This document shows, piece after piece, positions 46,201 through 54,480 of a stretch of DNA of 64,000 nt (position 1 is the stretch's first letter; each line of letters begins with the position of its first letter). A model generated the notes under the pieces. That model searched no databases. It was not told the origin of the DNA and was given only the letters and a program-made list of their open reading frames with translations. The DNA is from Myxococcota bacterium (GTDB taxonomy: Bacteria > Myxococcota_A > SURF-8): the NCBI GenBank assembly GCA_963674735.2, contig CAXXQS010000002.1:352001-416000 (forward strand), given 5' to 3'. The position numbers were made by a program, and so were the translations under genes.

Positions 46201-48992
46201 TGACCGCTGGAGAAGATGTACTCGTTGTCCGGCAACAAATCGCCGGTGGCAACGGCCACGTACTGGCAGTTGGACTGAAGCAAACTAAGCGAGAAGCCAC
46301 CCGTCCGCAGTCCGTCGCGGAAGGGATAGCGGTTGGCGTGAGCAGCCGTCGGATCCAATTCCAAAGAGGTGATTTCAAGCTTGCTCTTGGGTTTGAAGCA
46401 GGTGAAGTCGACCCCGACATAGCCCGCCAACGGGTCGGTCGCCGGATCGGCAGCCATGATCATCTGGTCGCCGCTGAAGACCACTTTTTCCGAAAAACCA
46501 TCGCGATTGTCGTCACGAATCGTAACATTGCCCTGGATGGACGCGCTGGTATCGGTGACCACATCGAGGTCGCATAAACACGTCCCCTGCTCGGCTCCGT
46601 ATTCGAAATCGAGCCCTTCGATGTCGTTCCATTTGATCGAAGGATCGAAGGTTTCCACCACCACGCCATCGCTGGGGCGAATTTTGGCCACGGGCGGATA
46701 ACTGTTGTTGCTGTTGTCGATTCCGGCATAGAGGAAACCGTCCGGGTGCCAGCCAAGGGCCTCGACATCGGTGTTGTAGGGTAATTCGGCCACGGTTTCC
46801 TGCTGTCCACCCGCAATATCGATGGCCACCAGTTTCGCCGTCGAACCGGAATTGTCGATCCCGTAGAGAATCCCCGAAGGACTGAAAGCACAGCCTTCGA
46901 TTTCGCCCTCGACATCCATGACCTCGGTCAACGCGGCACTTTCGAGATCCACTGAATAAAGGGTGTCGGTGTGGGTGGAAATTCCATACATCTCACCGTC
47001 GGGCGACACCGCCAGACAATCCACATCACGTACGACCGATCCGTTGTGCTTGACCTGGCCGATTTCTTCAGTCGGCACCACGGCTCCGGAGGCCTCGTCT
47101 TTCAGAATACGGAAGAGTCGGTTTTTGATGCTGTTGTGGCCATCGTTGTTGATGCCGTACAACTGGTTACCGAGAATCGCCAGGGACTCGAAATCGCTCA
47201 GAGTGCGGTTGCCCGGGCTCTTCAGCACACCCAACTCTTCCGGCTGGGCCTCTTCGTCGTAAAGGTCCAGGGTGAACAGCTTGCCGTCACCGTCGTTGAT
47301 TGCATAGGCACGGTAATCATAGGCTCCCGCGCCATGGCCGGAACAGTAGCACAGGGGCTGAAATTCACTCTCGGAAGCCGTGTTGGAGGGCAGCAAGAAG
47401 ACGTTTTTCGGCATGATCTCGCGCGATTGGCCGGGCACCGTCCAGTAAAGCTGCAGGGCGATGTACCAACGCGGTCCCTGGAAGTATTCCAAGCGGAAAT
47501 CGTGATTGCCGGCATCCAGATAGATCCTGCCGGAACGGCTTTGAATCGCATGCACGCCATCGTTATTGACCACCAGTTGGTCGTCGATCCAGAGATTCGC
47601 GCCATCATCGGCCGCCACGCGGAATTCATAGGTACCGCTCACGGGCGCAATGAAGGTGGCACGCCAGCGAATCGCGAACCATTCCACCAAGGTGCCGTCC
47701 ACGCCGGGGAAACCCTCGGAGAAATAGGTATTGGGCACGTCCAACTTGCAGGCCACAACAGTGGAATGCGGCGTTTCATAAGCTTCGGCAGAAGGCAACA
47801 CACAGCTATTATTATGATTGCTATCGGGGATCTCGATGACTTCACCGAGCAACCCCTTACCCACTTCATAGGTGCCGTCGGGACAGAAAGACGTATCGCT
47901 GACCACCTGCAATTGGGTGGCGCAGGTGACCTGGCCCTTGGGCGTGCTGATGACCACATCTTTCGCACCCACGCCCATCGGAACTCGCGCCACCAAGTGG
48001 GTCGGCAGTACCTGCAAAACCTCGACGACATCGCCGCCGATGGTGACGGTGAGCGTGGAGGCCCAGCGGCCGAAATTGGCTCCATAGATATTCAGCAAAC
48101 CGCCCTGCAAGGCGTTGGTGGGTTCGATAACATTACAGACCGGTTCGGCCGGGTATTCGGAGGGGGCGCATTCCTGAGCCAGTTCTTCCCGCCGTTCAAT
48201 TACATTATCGGGGATCGTGGAGGGAATCTGATCGAATGTATAGGAAAAACCGGTCATGCCCACATTGTCTTCAGCCGTCCAGTTGAACGTGGCGGTATCG
48301 ACGGGAGACCAGACATTCTGATTGGGATGAGTGGAACTCGACACGTCCGGGGCAGGAGGAGCTACGTCGTCGATTTCCTCGGTACGGAAGGTGGCCACGT
48401 GAATGACCGGGCGCATGATGTAACCGGAACCGGGTGAATAATGGATCGAGGCCGACGCATCCAGGTCGATCAACATGGTGGCGATTTCATTGTCGGAGAC
48501 GGTAAACGGGAACTGAAGCTTGATACCGGAGGTGGAACCGGACGGCACGAACAGATCGTGGGTTTCCCCATCGACCACCACCGAGGCATCGGTGACCAAC
48601 ATGCGTAGTTCCGTATAGCTACCCGATGGAATGGAAGCAATGCCCAGAGTTTCCGCCAAGCCGAAACGCAGATCCAACAAATCGAAAGTGCTCGTTTCGT
48701 TGGAGATCGTCACGGCCGAGCCGCGCTCGGGGATCGCGGATATCTGACTAACGGTCATCCACACGTTGTCGATATCGTCCGCCGGGGCATCCACCAAAAG
48801 CAAGCGCAATTTCGCGCTGTTGGCTTCTTCATCCATCTCCTGGTCGAGTACATCATCCAGAGACAGAGGACCCTCGGACGATTGACCACCCTCTCCACAA
48901 CCAAGGAACAGCACGAGCGCGCCGATGGTTAGAAGAAACAGGGGTATCCAATGTCTGACGCCATGCTGCTTAGGTGAAGTTCGTTGTGTCAT
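43281..48992 (-). CDS. 1903-aa multidomain lipoprotein: DUF4382, Fn3/Ig-like, IPT/TIG, PA14, beta-propeller, FGE-sulfatase (non-catalytic), TSP3-like repeats, C-terminal propeller
   Basis: AAGGAG RBS; lipobox FLG|C; L.DAP...FDLL.L..VPSG..SGIKL..IDLDA..S..Y.MRPV; IYGANFG; WFAIRW..F.AP.SG.YEF..ADDG..LWIDDQLVV.NDG.H; RLPTEAEWEFAA..YDMAGNV.EW..RGGSF..GFRC; DNCP..AN.DQ.D.D.DG.G..CD. Confidence 0.9.
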   Translation of the reverse strand: MTQRTSPKQHGVRHWIPLFLLTIGALVLFLGCGEGGQSSEGPLSLDDVLDQEMDEEANSAKLRLLLVDAPADDIDNVWMTVSQISAIPERGSAVTISNETSTFDLLDLRFGLAETLGIASIPSGSYTELRMLVTDASVVVDGETHDLFVPSGSTSGIKLQFPFTVSDNEIATMLIDLDASASIHYSPGSGYIMRPVIHVATFRTEEIDDVAPPAPDVSSSTHPNQNVWSPVDTATFNWTAEDNVGMTGFSYTFDQIPSTIPDNVIERREELAQECAPSEYPAEPVCNVIEPTNALQGGLLNIYGANFGRWASTLTVTIGGDVVEVLQVLPTHLVARVPMGVGAKDVVISTPKGQVTCATQLQVVSDTSFCPDGTYEVGKGLLGEVIEIPDSNHNNSCVLPSAEAYETPHSTVVACKLDVPNTYFSEGFPGVDGTLVEWFAIRWRATFIAPVSGTYEFRVAADDGANLWIDDQLVVNNDGVHAIQSRSGRIYLDAGNHDFRLEYFQGPRWYIALQLYWTVPGQSREIMPKNVFLLPSNTASESEFQPLCYCSGHGAGAYDYRAYAINDGDGKLFTLDLYDEEAQPEELGVLKSPGNRTLSDFESLAILGNQLYGINNDGHNSIKNRLFRILKDEASGAVVPTEEIGQVKHNGSVVRDVDCLAVSPDGEMYGISTHTDTLYSVDLESAALTEVMDVEGEIEGCAFSPSGILYGIDNSGSTAKLVAIDIAGGQQETVAELPYNTDVEALGWHPDGFLYAGIDNSNNSYPPVAKIRPSDGVVVETFDPSIKWNDIEGLDFEYGAEQGTCLCDLDVVTDTSASIQGNVTIRDDNRDGFSEKVVFSGDQMIMAADPATDPLAGYVGVDFTCFKPKSKLEITSLELDPTAAHANRYPFRDGLRTGGFSLSLLQSNCQYVAVATGDLLPDNEYIFSSGHSGSFWMKVTNMSVTNTIGSAFLAALAAQDEPAGLNVSFQIDSHGPSIKHKLDRGETVEGTYSFTMQPGRDIITGDGDTGDLPPCADPSLHTPSLDGAATYHDVADGVWYFHVHAVDDSGNWGETAHYRVKIDSSAPGAPVISSTTHISQEMGYVNPNPEFQWSLSDTSGIEGYSYMVSQEPGSEPNEQVDTASSEYSLHDLEPGSYWLHVKGVNHAGLWGDTSHFKFTVMAPQPDKPTPPLGFAPFPRTIFLMGSPTAQSDRYEDERQHWVEVDNYLLQQKEVTNNEYRACVAAYTETDTACESDAACPANHFCNLDGVCATGCERQPNAQATYWSNKRGDYPVTFVDWNDARKYCVSNGMRLPTEAEWEFAAKGADSDRYPWGDTFEGLRANVIEFGLAAAVAAGSFDGTNDDMGDGTVCIDGRCLYDMAGNVEEWVDDRYHTYPAAASEENPTQFPNVDDETECLSTCNADPTCMANCENRVARGGSFMSTARESRVFFRKAYLPIFKADHIGFRCAMDWDETVIDPEVCDGVDNDDDGEIDEDFDDTDEDGEADCIDEDDDDDGVLDDEDNCPLLANTDQIDLDRDGFGEVCDPDGEQLEITYPGLVRPWDVALDNDGTLYIAGSRDGVAITSQSNNAKGTVMSVAERGYRTGQVMLADNTSANTQSEDYRPNSLHLSSLGYLYTTDNSSGYDDGIWKIVLDDQDNQLGRAQNPEGRNGEAGGTERFWMGDSSTRGIDKTTGTVLDRANNWLYIARGNSKKIFRYTIENDGSVSDDDGKWGEQIVSSNTKLLTPALDPEGDLYFIAQYYLYRVRMRNGHPQSAERLSDNKAFRNVSDMQFDSDGNLLVLHYKGKSNTWPFRGSAQDRVVPAESGYITYLSADVLDHASPSRLITHGDETKQQLIYGGPASREILYENKRLAGPRGFKFGESEHQLVIANTDADEVVELDIAAREMLRVIETGGEFDGLE

Positions 48993-49055
48993 TGCCGTCT
49001 CCTTTTCATTCGCGTCCTGGATGGGGGACGCGATTCCTGCCTGCCCTGTAGATGT

Positions 49056-49072
49056 AGCAAAAGAGGTGCCAA
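49056..49072 (-). promoter_or_regulatory. Sigma-54 -24/-12 promoter of the 1903-aa gene
   Basis: Minus strand TTGGCAC-CTCTT-TTGCT, about 65 bp upstream of the ATG. Confidence 0.88.
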
Positions 49073-49155
49073 TTAATTTCCAAATCAGACAATTAATTTC
49101 TTATTTGATTACAATTACTTAGAAGAATACCGTCCGTCGGAGTGTCTTTTTTGCA

Positions 49156-49172
49156 TGTTTATAATATTTACA
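49156..49172. promoter_or_regulatory. Putative upstream activator site TGT-N11-ACA
   Basis: TGTTTA-TAATA-TTTACA about 85-100 bp upstream of the sigma-54 site; related half-sites extend to 49204. Confidence 0.55.
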
Positions 49173-49230
49173 TGTTAATTATCGGTGTTTATTTTGTTTA
49201 TACACCCGGTGTGTTTCTGGCCTCTGCCCA

Positions 49231-50541
49231 CTATGTCCCCACCAACCCGGAATCGGGACGCACCAAATTGAAACTGCGGATTTTCTTGTAAAGTGTTACA
49301 CGCGAAATTCCTAGTAATTCCGAAGACTTCTTTATGTTCCATTCGGCAATCTGCAAGACTCGACGGATATGCTGACGCTCCATATCCTGGAGTTTGAGGC
49401 TTTGGCCCTCGACCAACGGGTTTTTCCCCACCGGCTTGACCAGTAGCGGCTCGACGTCCTGGCCCTCGATTTCTTCACCACGCGCCATAAAAGCGAGGCG
49501 CGTCACCACGTTTTCCAGTTCACGCACGTTTCCTGGCCAGGCATAGCACTGCAATTGCTCGAGGGCGGCTTCGGTAAAGCGTTTCGCCCAAGGATCGCCC
49601 AGATTTTCCTGACAATGGCGCTGGAGAAAGTCCGCCGCCAGAATGGGGATATCCCCTTTTCGTTCGCGCAAGCTGGGCAAGTGGATCGGGAAGACATTGA
49701 CTCGATAGAACAGATCCTCGCGAAATTCACCGGTGCGGATCATTTCATCGAGCGGACGATTGGTGGCGGCAATCAAGCGCACATCTACCTTGATGCTTTG
49801 CGATCCCCCCAGCCGCTCGAAATTTCTTTCCTGTAAAACACGCAGTAGCTTGACCTGGTTGACCAGGGTCAACTCCCCGATTTCATCCAGGAACAAGGTG
49901 CCCAGGTGGCTCAATTCAAAACGGCCCATTTTGCGTGCATGAGCACCGGTAAACGCGCCTTTCTCATGGCCGAACATCTCGGATTCGAACAGTGTTTCGG
50001 GAATAGTGGCGCAATTGAGAGCGTTGAACGGTTTTCCGGTGCGCGGCGACAGATCGTGGATGGCGGATGCCACCAACTCTTTCCCCGTCCCGGTCTCGCC
50101 GATGATCATGACTGTGGCGTCGGTGCGTGCGATGGTATGGATCATTTCGAAAATGATCTTCATCTTTTCGTCGAGTCCGATCATCCCGGAGAAATATTTA
50201 TCGCGCACGTTGGAGATGCGTTCAACGAATTGGCTGTTATCATTGAGGATTGCATTGACGGCATCCAGCAAACCATCGCTTCCGGCATTCATCAGGCGAT
50301 AACCACGACCACCGGGAATCGGCACTTCCTCCACCATTTCCTCGGCGACCATGGGTTCGAGGCAAGCCACGATATCGCGCACCAGAATCCCGGCACGCTT
50401 GGACAGATTCATGGCATCGTGTACCCGGCGCGGTTCCTTGCCGAATATCGATAAGAGATGAAGACGTAAAGGTGACCGCATCTGGTGGAAAAGAGGACTG
50501 TTGGGGCTGAGCTTCAACTCCCAATTGCGAGCGACTTCCAT
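49231..50541 (-). CDS. Sigma-54-dependent transcriptional activator (bEBP) with atypical N-terminal winged-helix-like domain
   Basis: GETGTGKE, ESEMFGHEKGAFTGA, LFLDEIGE, FREDLFYR, WPGNVREL and Fis-type HTH. No REC, GAF or PAS motif in the first about 110 aa. AGGAGG RBS favours start 50541. Confidence 0.93.
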   Translation of the reverse strand: MEVARNWELKLSPNSPLFHQMRSPLRLHLLSIFGKEPRRVHDAMNLSKRAGILVRDIVACLEPMVAEEMVEEVPIPGGRGYRLMNAGSDGLLDAVNAILNDNSQFVERISNVRDKYFSGMIGLDEKMKIIFEMIHTIARTDATVMIIGETGTGKELVASAIHDLSPRTGKPFNALNCATIPETLFESEMFGHEKGAFTGAHARKMGRFELSHLGTLFLDEIGELTLVNQVKLLRVLQERNFERLGGSQSIKVDVRLIAATNRPLDEMIRTGEFREDLFYRVNVFPIHLPSLRERKGDIPILAADFLQRHCQENLGDPWAKRFTEAALEQLQCYAWPGNVRELENVVTRLAFMARGEEIEGQDVEPLLVKPVGKNPLVEGQSLKLQDMERQHIRRVLQIAEWNIKKSSELLGISRVTLYKKIRSFNLVRPDSGLVGT

Positions 50542-50579
50542 GACCATCCTCCTGATTCATACAAACACACCACTCCCAA

Positions 50580-50596
50580 TGTTAACTTACTTAACA
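50580..50596. promoter_or_regulatory. Palindrome TGTTAA-N5-TTAACA overlapping the putative promoter of the bEBP gene
   Basis: Perfect 6-bp arms; minus-strand TTGACA at 50616-50611 places the -10 region inside the palindrome. Confidence 0.6.
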
Positions 50597-50697
50597 CAGA
50601 TAAACGTGAGTGTCAAACTGCAAAGACAATGAATAGAAGGGGCCACGACGAACAAGGACCGGGAACCGACCGCAAAACCGTCGCGATGGCGTTTGTG

Positions 50698-51249
50698 TCA
50701 GCGATAAAAGAAGCGGCGACGCAGATGAATGAAACCGGCAAGCAATAAATAAAACAGGGTATAGCCACCCATGGAAATCAACACGGCATTTGACGTCACC
50801 ATGCTGTCCAGATGATCGAGGCTCATTCCCCGACTCTCCCGAGACTGACGCACCGCAGCGGCCAACAGGTCCAAATCCGTATACCCGATTAAAGAAACCC
50901 CGAGCGTAAACAGCAAATTAACGACGAAAAAGAGATACAGCAAGCGGACTCCCCACCGTCGATGCCGCAGGACGGCATACAGGCAGACGACGTTGAGCAT
51001 GAGCAGCAAAACCCCGGCGGCCTTACCCAGCCACGCCAAATCATACGCTTGCAAAAGAATCAAATCGACGGAATCGTGGCGAATCAATACCACCTGAAAG
51101 GTTTGGAACAATCCCCATACCAGAAAGAGGGTGAAGAAAATCATGCCAAAACCAAAACCCTCACCTGAGGCGGACGTCGGTGATGCGACAACATCGGAAG
51201 CCGCCGAGTCCGCCGCCGGGTCCGGTGTGGTCTGGTTGGGATCGCTCAC
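50698..51249 (-). CDS. Hypothetical four-TM membrane protein
   Basis: AAGGAGG then GTG 51249; four hydrophobic segments; ends RRRFFYR. Confidence 0.72.
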   Translation of the reverse strand: MSDPNQTTPDPAADSAASDVVASPTSASGEGFGFGMIFFTLFLVWGLFQTFQVVLIRHDSVDLILLQAYDLAWLGKAAGVLLLMLNVVCLYAVLRHRRWGVRLLYLFFVVNLLFTLGVSLIGYTDLDLLAAAVRQSRESRGMSLDHLDSMVTSNAVLISMGGYTLFYLLLAGFIHLRRRFFYR

Positions 51250-51366
51250 AATTCCTCCTTCATCCGGGCGCACAAATCCAAGGGCCGTCCGTCTTACCGC
51301 CGAGACCATCGCTCGGTATTTACATCCTCAATCTCAATCTTAATCGAAACGAATCTCGGCTAGCGC

Positions 51367-52782
51367 TCAAGCACCCGAATCGCTTGACAACAATTCCTCG
51401 CCCATGGCACGCCGTAACGCATAGGCCGCCTGCTTGACTTTCAGTTCCGCAACGATGGCGTCATTCTCGGCCTTGAGTTTCAGCGTCTGAGCCTGCAGCA
51501 GATCGGTGGTGGTGGTTTCCTGTACCTCGTAACGCAGTTGCTCCACGCGCAGGTTCTCTTCGGCTTGCGTCAGGGCCACTTCGGCCACCCGCTGCGACTG
51601 TAAAGCCTCCTCAAGTTCGAGGCGCTTGGACTCCACATCGAGACGAATCCCGTCCTCGGCGGCGTTGATCTTGGCTCCCGCCACATTCTGCTGGGCCTCG
51701 GCGGCACGCAGTTTGTACCAGGTCGCGCCCCATTCCCAGACATGCCAATTGAGCACCAGCCCGCCATAGAACATGTTCTCCGGCTGCACGCCGGGCAAAC
51801 CGTCGGCATACTCGTACATCCCCACCAAATTCAATTCCGGCAGCATGGCTCCGATGGCGGCATGCCTGGCCGCCCGAGCGGCCTGCTGCTGGTGCCGCGC
51901 CGCAACGATGGCCGGACGGTCTTCCACTGCGCGTTTCTGCTGCTCACCCAGACGATCCGCCAATAAGCGCTCCGGCGTTCCGTCGTCATCGTCCATCACT
52001 GGTTCAAGCGGCGCATCGAGGGGCCGCGCCATGTACATGTTGAGGGCCGCACGCGCCAGTTTCGATCCCTTTTCGGCCTGAAACAGCACTTTTTGGATCT
52101 CGGCCTTCTGCACCCGCACCTTCAATAGCGCATTGCGCTCGACAAGTTCGGCATCCAAGTAGGCTTGCACCTGCGTCTCATAAGCCTCGACCTGCTTGAG
52201 TCCGGCGCGGGCCGTCTCGGTGAGTTGCAAAGCTGTGGTCAGATTGTAGTACATCTTGGCCACGTCGAGTTCCAGATCGCGACGCACCTTGACCTGACTT
52301 TGTTTGGCGGCCTTCTCCAATTCGCCCGCCGCCCAGTGACCGGAATACACCTGATAGAGTTGCGTCAGCGGCTGAGCCACGGTCACTTTCGCCATCAGGG
52401 TGCGATCCTCACGTGCCACGATCTCCATCGGGTTGGCGGCCATTTCGGCCAATTGCGCCTTCGTTTCGGCGGGCAAAAGCGGCGCAAGGCCGTCAAAGGC
52501 ACTCAAAAGCGGCGCCAGATCGAATTCCATCGCGAACGGGTCGTCCCAGAACAGCAGGCTCGCATCCGCCATCACCACCGGTCCAAACCGACCCCGCACG
52601 CTCTTTCGCTCGGCCGCCTTCTGGTCCACTTCATACCCGGCAGCCTTCAAATTCTGATTATACTCGACCGCCCGTTGCATGCAGGCGTCGAGTGTTAACG
52701 TTTCCGCCGCTGCCGGGCTGGCCGAGCAGATGGCCAGCACAGCGACGAAAAACAGCGCGATTCCAATACGATACGTGGACAT
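51367..52782 (-). CDS. TolC-family outer membrane efflux protein
   Basis: Signal peptide; LTLD.C..RA..YN..L, V.QPL, RP.I..A, LP.L.L, W.VWEWG, RYE....T.TDLL.AQ. Confidence 0.9.
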   Translation of the reverse strand: MSTYRIGIALFFVAVLAICSASPAAAETLTLDACMQRAVEYNQNLKAAGYEVDQKAAERKSVRGRFGPVVMADASLLFWDDPFAMEFDLAPLLSAFDGLAPLLPAETKAQLAEMAANPMEIVAREDRTLMAKVTVAQPLTQLYQVYSGHWAAGELEKAAKQSQVKVRRDLELDVAKMYYNLTTALQLTETARAGLKQVEAYETQVQAYLDAELVERNALLKVRVQKAEIQKVLFQAEKGSKLARAALNMYMARPLDAPLEPVMDDDDGTPERLLADRLGEQQKRAVEDRPAIVAARHQQQAARAARHAAIGAMLPELNLVGMYEYADGLPGVQPENMFYGGLVLNWHVWEWGATWYKLRAAEAQQNVAGAKINAAEDGIRLDVESKRLELEEALQSQRVAEVALTQAEENLRVEQLRYEVQETTTTDLLQAQTLKLKAENDAIVAELKVKQAAYALRRAMGEELLSSDSGA

Positions 52783-52785
52783 GAG

Positions 52786-53376
52786 TTATCCTTTCCGTCG
52801 AATTCCGTTCATGATGACATCAAACAGAAAATCGATGTGGCGGTGACCGTCGGCAACTGTCAACCGCCGCAACAGCAACTCTTCATGCAGGTTATCAAGC
52901 GCCAGGGTCAACACACGCGCCAGCTGAGACGCATCCCGGCAGGCGATCGCGCCTTCTCCGATACCTTTTTCAATCACGCTTTCGATCAGTTCCATGAAAC
53001 TGCGCTGGTGCTTGGCCGATTGACGCACGATATGCGGCCGCAGTTCGTGGTAAGCATCGAGCGTCATCAACAAATCTTGCATAATTCCAGCCATGAAATC
53101 GAAGTTGGTGCGCATCACCAGGTGGAGTTGCTCCTCAGCATCCCGGCCGCGGCGAAGCGCCATGGCGGATTTCTCCATCAATTGGTAGGCCAGCCGGTCG
53201 ATGGCCGCCTTGAAAAGGGCTTCTTTGTTGGGGAAATAGCGGTAAATCGCCGACTTGACCATCCCCAGTTCGGCGGCGACATCGTCGAGGGTCGTTTTCC
53301 TGTAGCCATGACAGGCAAAACGCCGCGCCGCCGCTTCGAGAATGGCATCGGATTTTTCGGGTTTCGAGTCGGACAC
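52786..53376 (-). CDS. TetR/AcrR-family regulator
   Basis: GGAGG then GTG 53376; ILEAA.R.F..HGY.KTTLDDVA.ELG..KSAIYRYF.NKE.LF. Confidence 0.92.
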   Translation of the reverse strand: MSDSKPEKSDAILEAAARRFACHGYRKTTLDDVAAELGMVKSAIYRYFPNKEALFKAAIDRLAYQLMEKSAMALRRGRDAEEQLHLVMRTNFDFMAGIMQDLLMTLDAYHELRPHIVRQSAKHQRSFMELIESVIEKGIGEGAIACRDASQLARVLTLALDNLHEELLLRRLTVADGHRHIDFLFDVIMNGIRRKG

Positions 53377-53681
53377 ATCCCCTCCAACAAAATTTTCAAG
53401 ACCCAAACGCACCATATCGTCACAGACATCGGACCACTTGTCAAGCCATTTAAACCGACATACCGACATATTTTCAAGTAATTGAAAGTGGACGACAATA
53501 AACAAGGTTTTCTTAAATGTCAAACTGGTGTGAATTTTCTGTTCTTTTGTTCACAGTCACTGTAGGTCATTTCACACCACACACAGCACCGTCCAAAATG
53601 CAGTACCGACTTAGGCTTGCACCCCTGTCGAAACCTGCTACCATAGCGGTATATGGAACCGGCAACCTGGAGACATCGCCC

Positions 53682-53972
53682 GTGAACCCCGACAACCCAA
53701 ACCCGACCCCCTCTAAAGCCACGCGCCCCGGCCCGTTGGCTCACGCACTCGCGAAAAACAAGCCGTCCTTCGGCTGGCGGCACTTGCTGCTGTATATCTT
53801 CGTTCTGGCTCTGGTGCTGATGTATCTGTACATGAACCGCGTCAGCGACCAGGACTGGAACGCCCCACCGCCCGCACAGGAAGCGGTCAAGCCCGTCACC
53901 ACCTTCCAACTCGAAGCACCGCCGACACCGCAACCATCAGAATCCATGCCCCAGAAAACAAGTACGCCGTAA
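53682..53972 (+). CDS. Small single-TM protein with Pro-rich tail
   Basis: GGAG then GTG 53682; one TM segment (HLLLYIFVLALVLMYLY). Confidence 0.55.
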   Translation: MNPDNPNPTPSKATRPGPLAHALAKNKPSFGWRHLLLYIFVLALVLMYLYMNRVSDQDWNAPPPAQEAVKPVTTFQLEAPPTPQPSESMPQKTSTP

Positions 53973-54059
53973 AACACCCATCACCCGTATACATGCTTTC
54001 CTATCTAAACACATGAGAAACTGTTTGACATTTCCATCCACGCACACCATGCTGATTTC

Positions 54060-54374
54060 ATGGAAACAGATAACTATCAGAATCAAGACTCTATGGCGGA
54101 TATCCTCTGTGATCTGCTGAAGATGTCCTGGATCTTCTGCTTCATCCTCGCCGCTATTTTCTATTTTCTCGCTCCGGAAAATTGGTGGCAGACCTGCGCG
54201 ACAATCGGGGTCGGCTGGTTTTGGCTATCCGACGATCCGAGTTGTAGCGGATTGGAAACCGCCGCTTGTATTCTTTTCTTCATCTGGTTTCCATGGGAAG
54301 TTGCTCTCATATTCAGCATCATCTGGCTCGTGCTTTGTGTTCCCATTCGAATTCTGAACAAAATCATCTACTAA
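54060..54374 (+). CDS. Small hydrophobic Trp/Cys-rich membrane protein
   Basis: 104 aa with 3-4 hydrophobic stretches; promoter-like TTGACA-N17-CATGCT at 54025-54053. Confidence 0.55.
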   Translation: METDNYQNQDSMADILCDLLKMSWIFCFILAAIFYFLAPENWWQTCATIGVGWFWLSDDPSCSGLETAACILFFIWFPWEVALIFSIIWLVLCVPIRILNKIIY

Positions 54375-54480
54375 CCCCCTTGCAACCGCAACCCTCCAAT
54401 CCTTAAAGCAGGCTGGTATTTTTGCGCCGCCATGCTATACTTCTCCTCTCAAAACTCACGATCTAAACGGGGAGAAACCC

